NCBI RefSeq assembly: GCF_016433145.1 | Contig: NC_058131.1 | Location: forward strand, 601,381,775 to 601,445,774 | DNA from: Gracilinanus agilis | Lineage: Eukaryota | Length of the DNA stretch: 64,000 nucleotides | Reading direction: 5' to 3' | In this document: positions 10,429 through 22,079 of the stretch, in pieces | Position numbering within the stretch: position 1 is the stretch's first letter | Layout: every line of letters begins with the position of its first letter | The notes under the pieces: model-generated | Database searches by the model: none | Told to the model about the DNA's origin: nothing | Seen by the model: only the letters and a program-made list of their open reading frames with translations | Position numbers and translations under genes: made by a program

Positions 10429-13400
10429 AGGAGACAGGATAAACAGGAAATAATCACAGGAGGAAGGCACTAGAATTGAAGGGATCCGATGATTTGCCCA
10501 GGGTCACCCAGCTGGCATGGGAGACTTGAATCCAAGTAGTCCCAATTCCTTTGCAATTGCTTATTATTTATTAGCCCATCATCTAGCTGCCGTACCCAGC
10601 TGCCTCTTCTCATGACTTTGTCACATAAATCTAGCCTGTTCCCCAACATCCTTGTTGACTCATGTGCCCCTTGGCTGCGGGGGTGCTGCTCCAGGGCTCT
10701 GAATGGTCTCATTTGTCTTCACCTCAGAACATTCAGAACTTCAGCTTGGAGCAAGATGGAGCAGGGAATGTCCTGCTTGAGGATGGGAAGGGTCGCTGTC
10801 CGTTTGACCCAGAGTACAAGTCCACAGCTATCATGGTTGGTAAGTGTCTAGAGCCTCCTGGGGGCAGAGGATCCCTCCGAGCCTTAGAATGGGAGCATTT
10901 GGTTCCCTGCCACTTGGGGAGCTCAGGAAAAACCGTTCTGAGGAACATCCAGGCAAGGCAGAGTCGGGACCCTGCCGAGGAGCTTCATAGGAGTGTATTC
11001 CCTTCCTCCTTCTGGTCCCATTGTTGCCCATTTCCAGGGTCTCCTCTGTGGGCCGTGGAACCCTAGAGCTTGTGAAAGAGTTTGTGCCGTGGGGTCAGAC
11101 ACACTCAATGTGTCGTTTGGTTCTGCTTAAGAGGATGGCTTGGCTACAAGGAAGGGAGCTACTGGCCAGGTGGGGGGACGGTTGGAGGATGGGAGATGCT
11201 GGGAAGTGATGGGGATGCTTTAAAAGGGGGGGGAGAGTGGCAAAGAACTTTTTCCCAAGTTTTTGCTCCATCCCCCTGGGGTTTGACTTCTTTGGGGCCC
11301 ATTGTGCTCCTAGGGCCAGCCTTAATGTAGAGCATATGTGCCCCAACACTAAGACAGAAGAACCTTCGAGTTCCTTTCCAAGGCTCCGCTCTACAAAGGA
11401 CAGCTTGAGAGCTGCCCTAGGCCCGGCAATGGGGGCCGCTCTGGGGCTGTTCCCATGGGAATGTTTCTCTTGGCAGATGGTAAGCTTTATGCCGGAACAG
11501 TCAGCAACTTCCAGGGGAATGAGCCAACCATCTCCCAGAGCCAGGGGAATCGCCTCACCCTCAAGACTGAAAACTCCCTCAACTGGCTTCAAGGTGAAGA
11601 TGCCCCCCTCGCCTTGAGCCATAGCCCCGGGGGGAGCCCGACCCCCGGAAGCAGGGCCTGCGAGAGAGGGGCCGGACGGAGGGATGGCGGAGCCGGTGGC
11701 ACGGGCCCAGCGGGGGAGGATTTTCCCCAAACAGTGTGACTCTGGCGAGGCCCTTGAGAGCCGAGAGTGCTGCTTTCTCCTCGTGGGCTCGGGGCCACGG
11801 GGCTCCCCTTGGGCTTCCTCCAGCGGCTGACTCGGAGCCTTTTCCCACCCCACACAGACCCGGCCTTTGTGAGCTCCGCTTACATTCCCGAGAGCCTGGA
11901 CAACCCTCGAGGGGACGATGACAAGATCTACTTCTTCTTCAGCGAGACCGGAAAGGAGTTTGACTTCTTTGAGAACACCATCGTGTCCCGGATTGCCCGT
12001 GTGTGCAAGGTGCGGGCCAGGGACCGCCGAGAACGGAGTTCTCTCGGGGAGCACGTACTTCCTCCTCCCCAGCCCGCAGCGCCCCGGCTCTTAGCTCTGG
12101 CTCTCCCACCTTTTTTCAGGTTTTTCTGTGTCTCCATCACATTTCAGGGGCTGTTTTTCTTCTCTATCCTCAGTGCCTGGCACGGTGCCTTTTGTACAGC
12201 AGGTGCTTAATAAATGCTTTATTGTGCTAAAATAAAGCAGGAATGCCTGAGGCGGGAATGGTCAGCAGACCCCATGGGCCTTCCCTACAGGCAGAAATGT
12301 TTCTGGGTGACCTCCTGTGGATGCTCAGAGGCTGGGGGAGGTCAGAACTGGGGAGGGGGGTGCCACGCAGTGTTAGAGACTCTCCTTCCCCACGTGGTTC
12401 CACAAAACCCAACCTGTTTCCTCTCTCCGGACAGGGAGACCTGGGTGGGGAGAGAGTACTGCAGAGACGCTGGACATCTTTCTTGAAAGCCCAGTTGCTT
12501 TGCTCCCGGCCATCTGACGGCTTCCCCTTCAATGTGCTCCAAGATGTCTTTGTGCTGAGCCCTGGCCCCAAGGACTGGCAGGACACCCTCTTCTATGGCG
12601 TCTTCACTTCCCAGTGGTAGGTCCTCAGGGGCACTAGGAGACTCTTATGCCTGGCTGGCCACAACCCAGAAGACTTGCCGTTGTTCAATGAGGAGGAAGT
12701 TTGGGGAGGGGGGTGAAGCCAGCTGGGGGAGGAGGGGAGAGGCCCTTCTGCAGATCCTCCTCTTGGACTCTTAGCCATTTAGAGAGCTCTGAGGGGGTCT
12801 TTGGTCGGAGCCAGGCCCTCGTGAAAAGCTCCGCTCTTCTCTCTCTCCATTGCAGGCACCAGGGTGCTGCGGGGGGCTCAGCCATCTGTGTCTTCACCAT
12901 GCAGGATGTGGAGAGTGCCTTCAGCGGCCTCTACAAGGAAGTAAACCGAGAGACCCAGCAGTGGTACACAGTGATGGATTCGCCTACACCCCGGCCAGGA
13001 GCGGTCTGTAACCCCCGTACCGCTCTGTGTCCCCTGTACCGCTGTGTCCCATGTACCTGTGTCCTCCATACCTCTCTGTGTCCCCCCTACCACTGTGTCC
13101 CATGTACTGCTGTGTGTCCCCTGTACCTCTGTGTCCTCCATACCTCTCTGTGTCCCCCCCTATGGCTCTGTATCCCCCGTACCGCATTGCCCTGTTGTTG
13201 AGGCCGAGCCCTCTATAGCCTCCCTAGGGAAAGCAAAGGCCACCTGGCCTCAGTCCATTCACCCTGGCACCAGAGTCAAAGCTCCATCGATAGCTTAGAC
13301 CTTTCAGTGTGTATAAACATAGAACAGACCTAGAAGAGATTTTTGAGAAGTCAAATACCCCTTAAAGGCCTGGCGCTTTATCCTGCCCTGATGGACAAGC

Positions 13401-15970
13401 ATTTCCCCTGCAGGTGTACTTCTGTATGTTATTCTTTCTTACATTTCCTTCTTTGCTTACGTTTTTCCTCTTGGCTGTTTTTTTCCTCCAGTGCATTACG
13501 AATAGTGCCCGGGAAAAGAAGATAAACTCCTCTCTGCAGCTCCCTGACCGGGTACTCAACTTCCTCAAAGATCACTTTTTGATGGATCGGCAGGTCCGGA
13601 GCAACCCGCTGCTGCTGCAGCCCAGGGCCCGTTACCAGCGCCTCTCGGTGCATCGAGTGGCGGGCCTGCACCGCTCTTACGACGTCCTCTTCCTGGGCAC
13701 GAGTGAGTTCCCTGGGCTCTAGGATTAAGGGAAGGGGCCGCTCTGCGGGCGGCCTGAGGAGCGGCAGGCCTTCCTGTAGGAAGAGGAGCTGAGCTTCTCT
13801 GTCATCCCACAGGTGACGGCCGCCTGCACAAAACTGTGCATTCGAGGCAGAGGGTGCACATCATCGAGGAGATCCAGCTCTTCCCACCTGACCACCCTGT
13901 CCAGAATTTACTGTTGGACCCCCAGAGAGTAAGCAAGGATACACTTGAGAGGAAGGGATGCAAAGCTCGGGGATTCCACTCTGGGATTAAGGGGAATTGT
14001 GGGCCTGGTATCCCAGGATTCATCCCAGATTTCCCTGTCCTGGGGCCCCCGCAGATACAGTTTATTATTTCTCTCTCCCTCATTCCTGGGATTAGGAGAG
14101 AGCATTTAAAGCCTGCTACCAAATCTGGATTGTATAGGACCCAGGCGTGTCCAGAAAAGTGCCCTCTGGAGCCCACGGGTTGGCTGCTGTGCCCCGTGGC
14201 AGCCCAAGTCTCATCGATGATATCAGAAGCCTCCAAAGCAGAGCTGGGAGGGTCCTTGGCCAGGAGCCTGTCATCACTCGCTTCTCACAGCCTTTTGTCT
14301 TGTTCAGGGACTGCTCTATGCTTCCTCCTACTCGGCCGTGGTTCAGGTGTCTGTGGCTAACTGCAGCGTCTACACGAGCTGCGGGGAATGCATCCTGTCT
14401 CGAGACCCGTACTGTGCCTGGAGCGGCACCGCCTGCAGGGACGTCAGGCACTACCAGCCTGATCTGGCCTCCCAGTAAGAACGCCCCCGCTTCCCTCGGG
14501 CCGTGCTTGGGGTGGGGGGCCCTGTGTTCTGGGGACCCTGGAAAGGCCTGCGGGCCTTCTGCCTCTTATTCTCCTGCATTCGCTCTGGAGGAAGCAACAC
14601 TGAAACAAATTCCACCCTGATCTCAACTAGCAATAGTTCACGCTTGTATAGTGCTTGCTGTGTGCGCTTTTCAATTGTTATCCCATTTGATCTTCACCAC
14701 AACTTTGGGGGATAGGATGGGACAACGGAGGCAAAGAGGGGTTAAGTGACTTGCCCAGAATCATGCTTAGTTAGTGTCTGAGGCAGGATCTGAACTCGTC
14801 TTCCTGAGCCCCGGGAAGTGGGTTTTCTCCCAGAGTCCCAGAGGGCCGAGTCCTCTAGCTTGCCCGAACCCCGACGGCAGCGGTCCTGACTTTGCTCTCG
14901 TCCTCAGGCCATGGGTACAGGACATCGAAGATGCCGACACGGAGCAGCTCTGCAACGGTTCTGCCGTCAGCCGCCGGCCTTCTGCGTTCTCAGGTGAGGC
15001 GTTCTGTTCTCCTTCAGAGGGGAGAAGGGGAAGCCGCTGGGCCTCGGGGAGCCCGGCCACAGCACAGGGGGCGGCCCGTAAGGGCTACATCTAGTGTGAG
15101 GTACTACGTCGGGGCATCGGAACCGACGGAGAACCAACCCTTTCACAGCCCGGAGTCTCTGGAGCCACGCGCTGGGGCGGCCCTGCTCCAGCTCCGGATT
15201 CTTCGGCCTTAATAACTCTTGTTTCCTCTGCAGACAAGACATCGTGCAAGCAAGTACACTTCCAGCCCAACACAGTGAACACCCTGACTTGCCGGCTGCT
15301 CTCCAACCTGGCATCCCGGCGCTGGCTCCACAACGGGGCGCCCGTGAACCACTCTGCCTCTTACCGCGTGCTGCCCAGCGGGGACCTGCTCCTGGTGGGC
15401 AGCCAGGACGGCCTGGGCTCTTTCCAGTGCTGGTCCCTAGAGGAGAGCTTCCAGCAGCTCGTGGCCAGCTACTGCGTGGAGGCCACTGAGGGGGCAGCTG
15501 ACGGGGAGGAGGGCTCGAACATCCCGTTCATCATCAACACGTCCCGGGTGAGCTCCCCTGCCAACGGCAAGGCCGCTCTGGCCCCTTACAAAACCTACTG
15601 GAACGAGTTCTTGCTCATGTGCGGTCTGTTTGGATTTGCCGTCGTGCTTCTCGCCCTCTTCTTCCTCTACCGCCACCGGGACGGCATGAAGCTCTTCCTC
15701 AAACAGGGAGAGTGTGCCAGCGTACATCCCCGGACCCGGCCCGTGATGCTTCCCTCAGAAAACCGGTCCCTCAATGGGGGAGGCCCGCCGAGCGCCCTGC
15801 CCGACCACAAAGGTTACCAGGCCCTGGCCGACAGCTCTCCAGGGCTCCGGGCCTTCACCGAGTCGGAAAAGAGGCCACTCAGTATTCAGGACAGCTTTGT
15901 GGAGGTGTCTCCCACGTGCCCCCGGCCCCGGGTACGGCTGGGCTCTGAGATTCGTGACTCTGTGGTATGA
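6863..15970 (+). CDS. SEMA4B: Semaphorin-4B, 5'-partial (signal-peptide exon 1 is upstream of the window)
   Basis: Exons 6863-7026, 7437-7499, 8180-8278, 10728-10839, 11477-11593, 11858-12009, 12435-12616, 12856-13003, 13492-13702, 13813-13928, 14308-14474, 14908-14993, 15234-15970. All junctions GT-AG and in frame. Sema domain ([33 protein letters not shown]), PSI ([15 protein letters not shown]), Ig-like, TM ([21 protein letters not shown]), C-terminal PDZ motif EIRDSVV*. Confidence 0.97.
8750..9010 (+). mobile_element. MIR/MAR CORE SINE
   Basis: gacttgagttcaaatttgacctcagac...gtctcagtttccataactgtaaaatgggaatcatagtagcacc. Confidence 0.75.
9149..9353 (+). mobile_element. Young full-length SINE1_Mdo-like element with 15-bp TSD
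   Basis: ggggcagctgggtggctcagtggattgagagccagacc...ggtaagggttt + A tail; TSD aaaaattacctc(a/c)tg at 9134-9148 and 9354-9368. Confidence 0.93.
9628..9828 (+). mobile_element. Marsupial SINE (older SINE1_Mdo-like copy)
   Basis: Same consensus, more diverged; imperfect TSD aata(a/g)tggc. Confidence 0.85.
10032..10290 (+). mobile_element. MAR1 SINE nested inside a minus-strand L2 tail (L2 remnants ~9970-10031 and ~10291-10380)
   Basis: L2 tail sequence stops at ctgtgtgc and resumes at ctatgttccggcactg after the MAR1 3' end. Confidence 0.8.
10396..10425. repeat. (TA)n microsatellite
   Basis: Read directly. Confidence 0.95.
13012..13185. repeat. Minisatellite, ~17-19 bp unit (ctctgtgtcccctgtac), about 10 copies, SEMA4B intron 9
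   Basis: Repeated tgtgtccc...tac units directly after the exon 9 donor. Confidence 0.9.
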
Positions 15971-16363
15971 ACCGAGGAGATGGCTCACAGCTAACCCCGG
16001 CTCGAGGGACTGTGACTCCGTGTAGAATAACCAGCCGGACCTCTCTTCCTCATCAGACAGCACCCAGAATCCGGAGAGCGGAGCGAGCTGGGCAGCTCCC
16101 TCCCACTTCCTTCAGGACCAGCCAGAGGGAAGAGGATCATCACTCCTCTATAAGTAGGACTGTGGGGCCTCTCCTCTCAGCCAGGAACGGAAACATGGGG
16201 GGTTTGCCTGGCCCTGGGGGGGTCACCTTGGAGCTCCGTACAGGGAAGCTGCAGCCAGAAGCTGCCTAGAGGCAGTCCAGGCGCTCAGTGACCTCTCATT
16301 CATTCTCAGACTTTGCTGCAGGACTATTCTGACTCCTGAGCCCTTCTGAAAACATTTTTCTTT

Positions 16364-16385
16364 AAAAAAAAAAAAAAAAAAAAAA
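16364..16385 (+). repeat. Genomic A22 tract in SEMA4B 3' UTR
   Basis: Read directly. Confidence 0.95.
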
Positions 16386-17149
16386 GAGAAAATGTGAAAC
16401 AAGCATGAGGAATGAAAGGTGACCCAGACAGAATTCTTCTTCAGCCTTGGTCTGGAAGGGATTCAGTTCACAGACTCTCCTCCCTTACACACAATCTCCA
16501 TGGGGCATTTTGGATGCATTAGAACAATAATATGGATGCCTGAGCCTGAGGGAAATCCATCTCCTCTTCCACGGGCCTCGTTCGCCTCACGTTCTGCTGC
16601 CAAAGTCATTGCAGAGGCCTAGGGCCAACACAGAGGCCTCCAAGGAGTTTTGGCTTCTGCTGTGCCAAGGACCCCTGACAGATTGGAAGCCAACCTAGGG
16701 CACGCTTCCTCCCTACCTCCATAGAACAATCAGGCCACGGACAACAGGAGGGTGGTTGTGTCACTGCCATATCCTGTCCAGCCACAGGACTAGTAGTGGC
16801 TCTCTTGGGACACTAGAGGGCTGGTTTAAGGTTGGTTTGTTCCCCGTGTTGAGAGGATAGAAGCACATTCCATTTTTTATGGAATTCACATTGAACATCA
16901 AAGACTAGATTTACTGTCTTCCCTTCCTGATAATCTAAAAGAACCACTGTGTCCCTACCCTCCTTTGTCCTTTGGCCCTTTTGGACTTCCTCCTACTTTC
17001 CCTAAATAACTAACTTCCTCAAGCTTGATAATTCTCTGGCCCCTTGTGCTCTTTCTGCCCAAAGGGACATTGACACTGCCCAGTCCAGGGGCCATATAAG
17101 TCTGTTTTGTATAACTTTTTTTATAAAATGCACTTTACATTTTTTTTTT

Positions 17150-17155
17150 AATAAA
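17150..17155 (+). terminator. SEMA4B poly(A) signal AATAAA
   Basis: First AATAAA after the stop, in a U-rich context ~1.2 kb downstream. Confidence 0.7.
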
Positions 17156-17797
17156 ATTGGAAATTGAATTTTAAAGTCTATGCAATGTGCCTTTCCTCTC
17201 ACCCTGAATGCTGTTATTAAAAACTGGCTCTGACTGCCTTGGGCATGAGAGAGCTTCAGGAGAAAGCTCAATCTTCTATCCATTTCCATTTCTCTTAATG
17301 TAGGCTTGCCTCTACTTACACTTTCATTAAGCTACTTCATCTCAGTGACTTTCTTCTGGTGGGGCAGTGGTCAGTGGTCGATTTATCATGGCTAAGCAAG
17401 ATTCAGACAGGAAAGGGATGTTAGGAATTTTAACAGTTAGTTTGTTCTGTAACTAAGTTACAAGAATGAGGTGAGATGGAGACCATCAGCAGTCTAAGTT
17501 TTTACAATTTAGGATGCAATCTCCATGTACTGGGCAAAAGATAGCCTAATAGGAAAAATGTGCTGAGCACAAATAATTCACCCTTCTCTAAGTAAACACA
17601 GAACAAGAAGTTCATTTTGTATCCTGCACGTTCCTACTTTTAAAAGAACTATGTATGACCTGACTCTACTGTAGTTCAGAAATTTTCCATTAGTCCCTCA
17701 GTCTTCTTCTTATTAATTTTATAAGAGACCTCTCTGCCCTGCCTCAAGCTTGGTCCAATGTACCCACTGAAACATGCATGAGCAAAACTTCCAAATA

Positions 17798-17803
17798 TTT
17801 ATT
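17798..17803 (-). terminator. CIB1 poly(A) signal AATAAA
   Basis: TTTATT on + strand ~230 bp past the CIB1 stop. Confidence 0.65.
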
Positions 17804-18032
17804 ATTGATTAGTATAAACATGAACAGTGTTGTCATAATGGCAGTGAGGAGAGGAGAGGCCATGGCTTGGAAGTACCTTCCCTGCCCAGGGGACTGGACT
17901 GCTTCATACAAGCGCCAGGGCTAGCCCAGGCATAGCGACCATTTTCGAGGAGTTGGCACTGCAGGTGAGGTCACTGCATAGAAGAGAATTTCTCAAAGAG
18001 AGGTTGGTGCAGCCAGACACTGCAAGTACCCA

Positions 18033-21000
18033 TCACAGGACAATCTTAAAGGAGCTGGAAGAGATGAAGATATAGGGGTTACTGATCCGCTGTAGAATTG
18101 GCATGTAAGCACAGGTCAGCAAATGAGGCCCAGATCAAGTAAACTCAGAGAGAAGTTGGTAAATGTGTTCCCTTAAAACTCATTTGTGGGAGCAGCTGGA
18201 TGGTTCAGTGAATTGAGAGCCAGGCCTAGAGATGGGAGGTCCTAGGTTCAAATCTGGCCTTAGACACTTCCCAGCTGTGTGACCCTGGGCAAGTCATTTA
18301 ACCCCCAGTGCCTACACAGTATTGATTCTAAGACAGAAGGTAAGGTTTAAAAAAAAAAAACCATTTGGAATTGGCTTAGTCCCAGAGGATATTGGGGTTG
18401 ACTCTGGTCATCCCTAACCCAAAGCCACTTATCTAACGCGTCCTCCTCCTGCCCTCCTTCTTCTAGCAAGATTCTAGGGTGCCTAAATCACCAGGTGGCC
18501 CTGGTTGTACCTGGTGAAATCAGGTGAACGGGAGATGACATGTTGGAACTCTGAGAGGTTGATGGTGCCATCCCTATCGATGTCAGACTCTTCTAAGATC
18601 TGCCCAGGGATAAGAGATAGAAGTTTAGTCAAAAGCCCCAAATACTTTCCCTTCTTCTCCCTTTCTCTTCCTTATACTGTCCAGGCTTACATTCTGAATG
18701 AGCTGATTCATCTCAGAGGGACTGAGTTGAGTGTCCTCCTCTGCCCCAGTAAGGCGGTTCACTAGCTGCTTCAGATCCTCTTTGTTCAAGGTCCCATCAT
18801 CATCAAAATCTAGTTAGGAAAGACCAAGACAAAAAATTATTCCTGCTGAAAAAGACCATAATGCTACCCCTTTCCACTCAGTATATGCCCTAGTCCTTCA
18901 GTCCTTACCGAAGATGCGGAAGGCATAGTGGGACTTAATGTCAGGGGTAGCTGCATCACTGAAGACACTGAGGAGGTCCAAGAAGTCCTCAAAGCTCAAG
19001 CTGTCTCTTTCTGGTGCTGTGGAGAACACACGGCAAATACGGTCCTTGAAGGGGTTGGCCTAGAGCAAGAGAAGCTCTTGTAAGCAGAAGGACACTGGGT
19101 TTCTGATAGGGAATCAACCACTACACTCTGATTATATGTGTACTTTGTCTAAAGCCCTGCCCTGGGAACTACAGAGGACAGCCTATATCACTAGAAAAAC
19201 TGGAATAAGAAGGGGTTAACAGGTTGAGAAATATTCCAGAGATCCCCAAAGTGACAGTAATGAACTATTGAATGAAACACTGTGAGAGGGGTATCACCTT
19301 GAGCTCTGGAAGTGTTAGGACCTTCTCGGTGGGTACCCTGGATACCTGGGCCGTCAGAGAGTCCACCACATTCTGAGACTCTGGAGGCAGCAGCTCATTA
19401 AATGTCTTGTGGGCCCTGTTAAGAAAAGCAAAATTCATTCAAGCAACTCATAAATATTTATTCAATCCACCAACCAAACAAATACAATGCTTGAAGTTAT
19501 AGTTTCTATTAAATGTTTAGCACTGTGGAAAGCTACCCTATAGTAGCCTACTGTTTAGTTTGGGAAAGTGGAGAGGAGGGATGTAGGGACACTGGAATTA
19601 AAAAAACAAACAAACAGATAAAAAGTCACAGGATCCTATGAACCAAAGGCAACAAAATATAAGAGCTATCACAAAGTATACGACTGGGGTCAAATAATAG
19701 TACTGATAAAAAGCAATGAGGCTTCAAAGGAAAGAAGAGATTACTGTGGGCTAGAGTCATCAAAGAAGCCTCCATGGAAACAGGAAGCTCTTGAAAAATG
19801 GGAAGGATATGGACAGCTAGAGAGTGGTAGGAAGCAGTCAGTCAGTCAACAAGCATATATTAAGTCCCTGTTATGTGCCAGGCACTGTGCTAACTAAACA
19901 CGAGGGATAAAAAGAAAAGGGAAAACACAGTAGTTGCTCTGAAGGAGCTCACAGACCAATGGATTATCCCCATTTCACTGTCTGCACCAAGAATCACAGT
20001 CTCTTCCAAAGTCCTTAAGGCTCACCCTAGATTCTATTCATCAAAATTTTTCCCAGATGCTTAGTCAATATAGCTCCTTGCCCCTCCCTCAGGCTGCCCC
20101 GGCCAAGAAGGGTCTGGAACTTCCATTATTGATAAGTTCTCTGAAAAAGCTTTATCCCACAACCTAGATCTCTAATCATGTAAAACAAGCACAAATAGTC
20201 AGAGCTGGAACAAACACTCCAAGCTGAAGAAGTGCTTGAATTTCCACACTTTTTTACTCGGAAACAGCACCACCCCTTGGACAGCAAGGGCAGAAATCTA
20301 AAAGCAAGGAACACAAGAAGCAGTGATCAAAGCCAAAGAGGATTCTGAATATCCCACTTCTGGAGCCTCTCTTTTCCTGGAACACTTTGGGCCAGCTTCA
20401 AATACAGGTTTATTTATGGCTGACAACCCAGCAGCGTGCATGAGACCTGATTCAGGACAGGACAGAAAGAGAAGGCATAGCAAGGGAGAGTAAAAGCAGC
20501 ATGCAATAGAGGGAAAAGCACTGAACTTTGGAGTCTGAAGACTTACATTCTAGTCCCAGTTCTGCTAACAGAGTAACTGTGTGACCTTGGACTAGTCACT
20601 TCAGCTCTCTGGGACTCAATTTCCTCCTCTGTAATATGAGGAAAGTGGCCTCAGTCTCCAAGGTTTCTTTCAGTCCTAACACTCATCATAGCACTAGATG
20701 ACCTCGGAGATAGTATAGTCCAACCCCTTCATTATACGGGGGAGGAGACTGAGGCTCAGGGAAGGGAAGTGACTTGCCTAAGGTCACACAGTCACTCAGT
20801 GGCAAAGCCAGGCCAAGTCTTCTGGCCATAAATCCATCTGCTAAGTCCAGCTGCCTCCTGAGTAGTGTGGAGGCTGGAGGGGTACTTACAGGAGAATCTC
20901 CTGCTTCGTCAGGAACGTTAATTCCTGGAAAGGAAAGTGAGAGTTGATCGTTAGGCGTCAATCAGCACAAGCAGGACAAGAGCTCCCCTCACCCCCTTGC

Positions 21001-21323
21001 TTGCATTCCCCCCACCAGTCTGAAGGAACCTTGCACTTGGAGCCTTCTCGGGGCCCCCCATCCCTCAAGGGTAGGAGAAAATCAATGGGGAGGGGAAGGA
21101 AGAGAAGGGCTAGGCTGTGGAGTGGAGGGGGAGACGGGCCGTGCATGGCCAAGGGCCGTCGCCCCCCAACCCCATGCCCATGGGTCCAGGGCCCAAAGCC
21201 GCCCACCCTGCCCGGGGAAAGCACTGCCCCGGCCAGAAGCAAGCCTGGACAGATCTGTCGTTTCCACCGCACCTGGTACTCCGACAGCAGCTCCTTGGAG
21301 AGCTGGCTGGTCGAACTGCCCAT
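18033..21323 (-). CDS. CIB1: Calcium- and integrin-binding protein 1 (194 aa)
   Basis: Exons 21273-21323, 20890-20924, 19298-19415, 18909-19059, 18691-18809, 18511-18599, 18033-18054 (585 nt). MGSSTS myristoylation motif, EF hands [12 protein letters not shown] and [13 protein letters not shown]-terminus SFKIVL*. Confidence 0.98.
18189..18360 (+). mobile_element. SINE1_Mdo-like element in CIB1 intron 6 (internal deletion)
   Basis: gggagcagctggatggttcagtgaattgagagccaggcc...; A tail; TSD-like aaaac(t)catttg. Confidence 0.88.
20510..20830. mobile_element. Two MIR-family fragments in opposite orientation
   Basis: + core 20510-20680 and - core 20690-20830 (gaggagactgaggctcagggaagggaagtgacttgcctaaggtcacacag). 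Confidence 0.7.
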
Positions 21324-21870
21324 AGCCTTGCTACACCCTCCGGGTCCAGACCGAGCGACTCCGCCAACTCCGATCCCGGACAGCAACAACTTTCCCACTC
21401 ACTTCCGCCTTCCGCGTCACCCGCCCCGGCCGCCCGCCCAGTCCCCGCGGCAACGGAGGCAATTCCGACCACCCCGCCTCATTTGCCGATAGGCTCCGCC
21501 TCTTTCTTAAAGGGCCGGAGGGCCAGTTCTTAATTCCCTGGGCGAAATCCAAGGAGAGCGTTACCAAAATCCGGCGTGAGGCGGGTTTAGCCAAGGGGTG
21601 TTAAGAGAGTTTGAGCTGGAATCATGGGACCTGTTGCAGCTGCACCTTAGAAGACGGCCCTTCATTCCCACGCCTAGAAGAGAGAGAGGCAGCGGGATGT
21701 TGGGGAGAAAACGCGAATCTTGAACGAACAGGTCTCTGGGACTCAGTTTCCTCGCCAGGTTGTAGTGGGCCTGAACCCAGGACTTCATTTCCCACAATAC
21801 GTAGGGACGAGAAACCCTAGCCATTGGGAGTCTCTGAACTACATCTCCCGGAGGACCGTGCATGAGACTG
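21100..21870. promoter_or_regulatory. CIB1 CpG-island promoter
   Basis: CpG-dense; ETS cttccg repeats ~21401-21413, E2F-like gggcgaaa 21540-21547, ZNF143-like acttcatttcccacaat (~21783) and actacatctcccgg (~21838). Confidence 0.8.
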
Positions 21871-22079
21871 GAAAGATCATATAATTTTATTGGTGGTGCT
21901 TACACCATTTAAAGCGGGAGGTTTTAAACTACTACTGCTTTTCAAGGGAACTCTTCGGTTAAACAAAGGAGCGGGCTAGTTGCTTCACCCCGACTCCCGG
22001 ACCCTCACTCTCGAAGTGAGGTAACTATTCCCGGTTCACTTCTTAAAGCGCAAGTAAACTCTTGTCGCCTCCCTAATTC

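Noticed and set aside
11095-12054. 319-aa antisense ORF across SEMA4B exons 6-7
   Set aside because: Low-complexity G/P/A-rich product; stop scarcity is expected antisense to GC-rich coding exons and introns; no domain or promoter evidence. Only conservation or Ribo-seq would revive it
15619-15948. Alternative-frame ORF in the SEMA4B last exon
   Set aside because: GTG start deep within the CDS; typical by-product of high GC3
20944-21594. Many overlapping ORFs at the CIB1 promoter, including a GTG-start extension of CIB1
   Set aside because: CpG-island artefacts; an extension would abolish the conserved N-myristoylation at Gly2
22003-22021. Small hairpins (CCTCACT/AGTGAGG here; CTTCGG/CCGAAG near 22636-22658)
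   Set aside because: 6-7 bp stems are expected by chance; no ncRNA context
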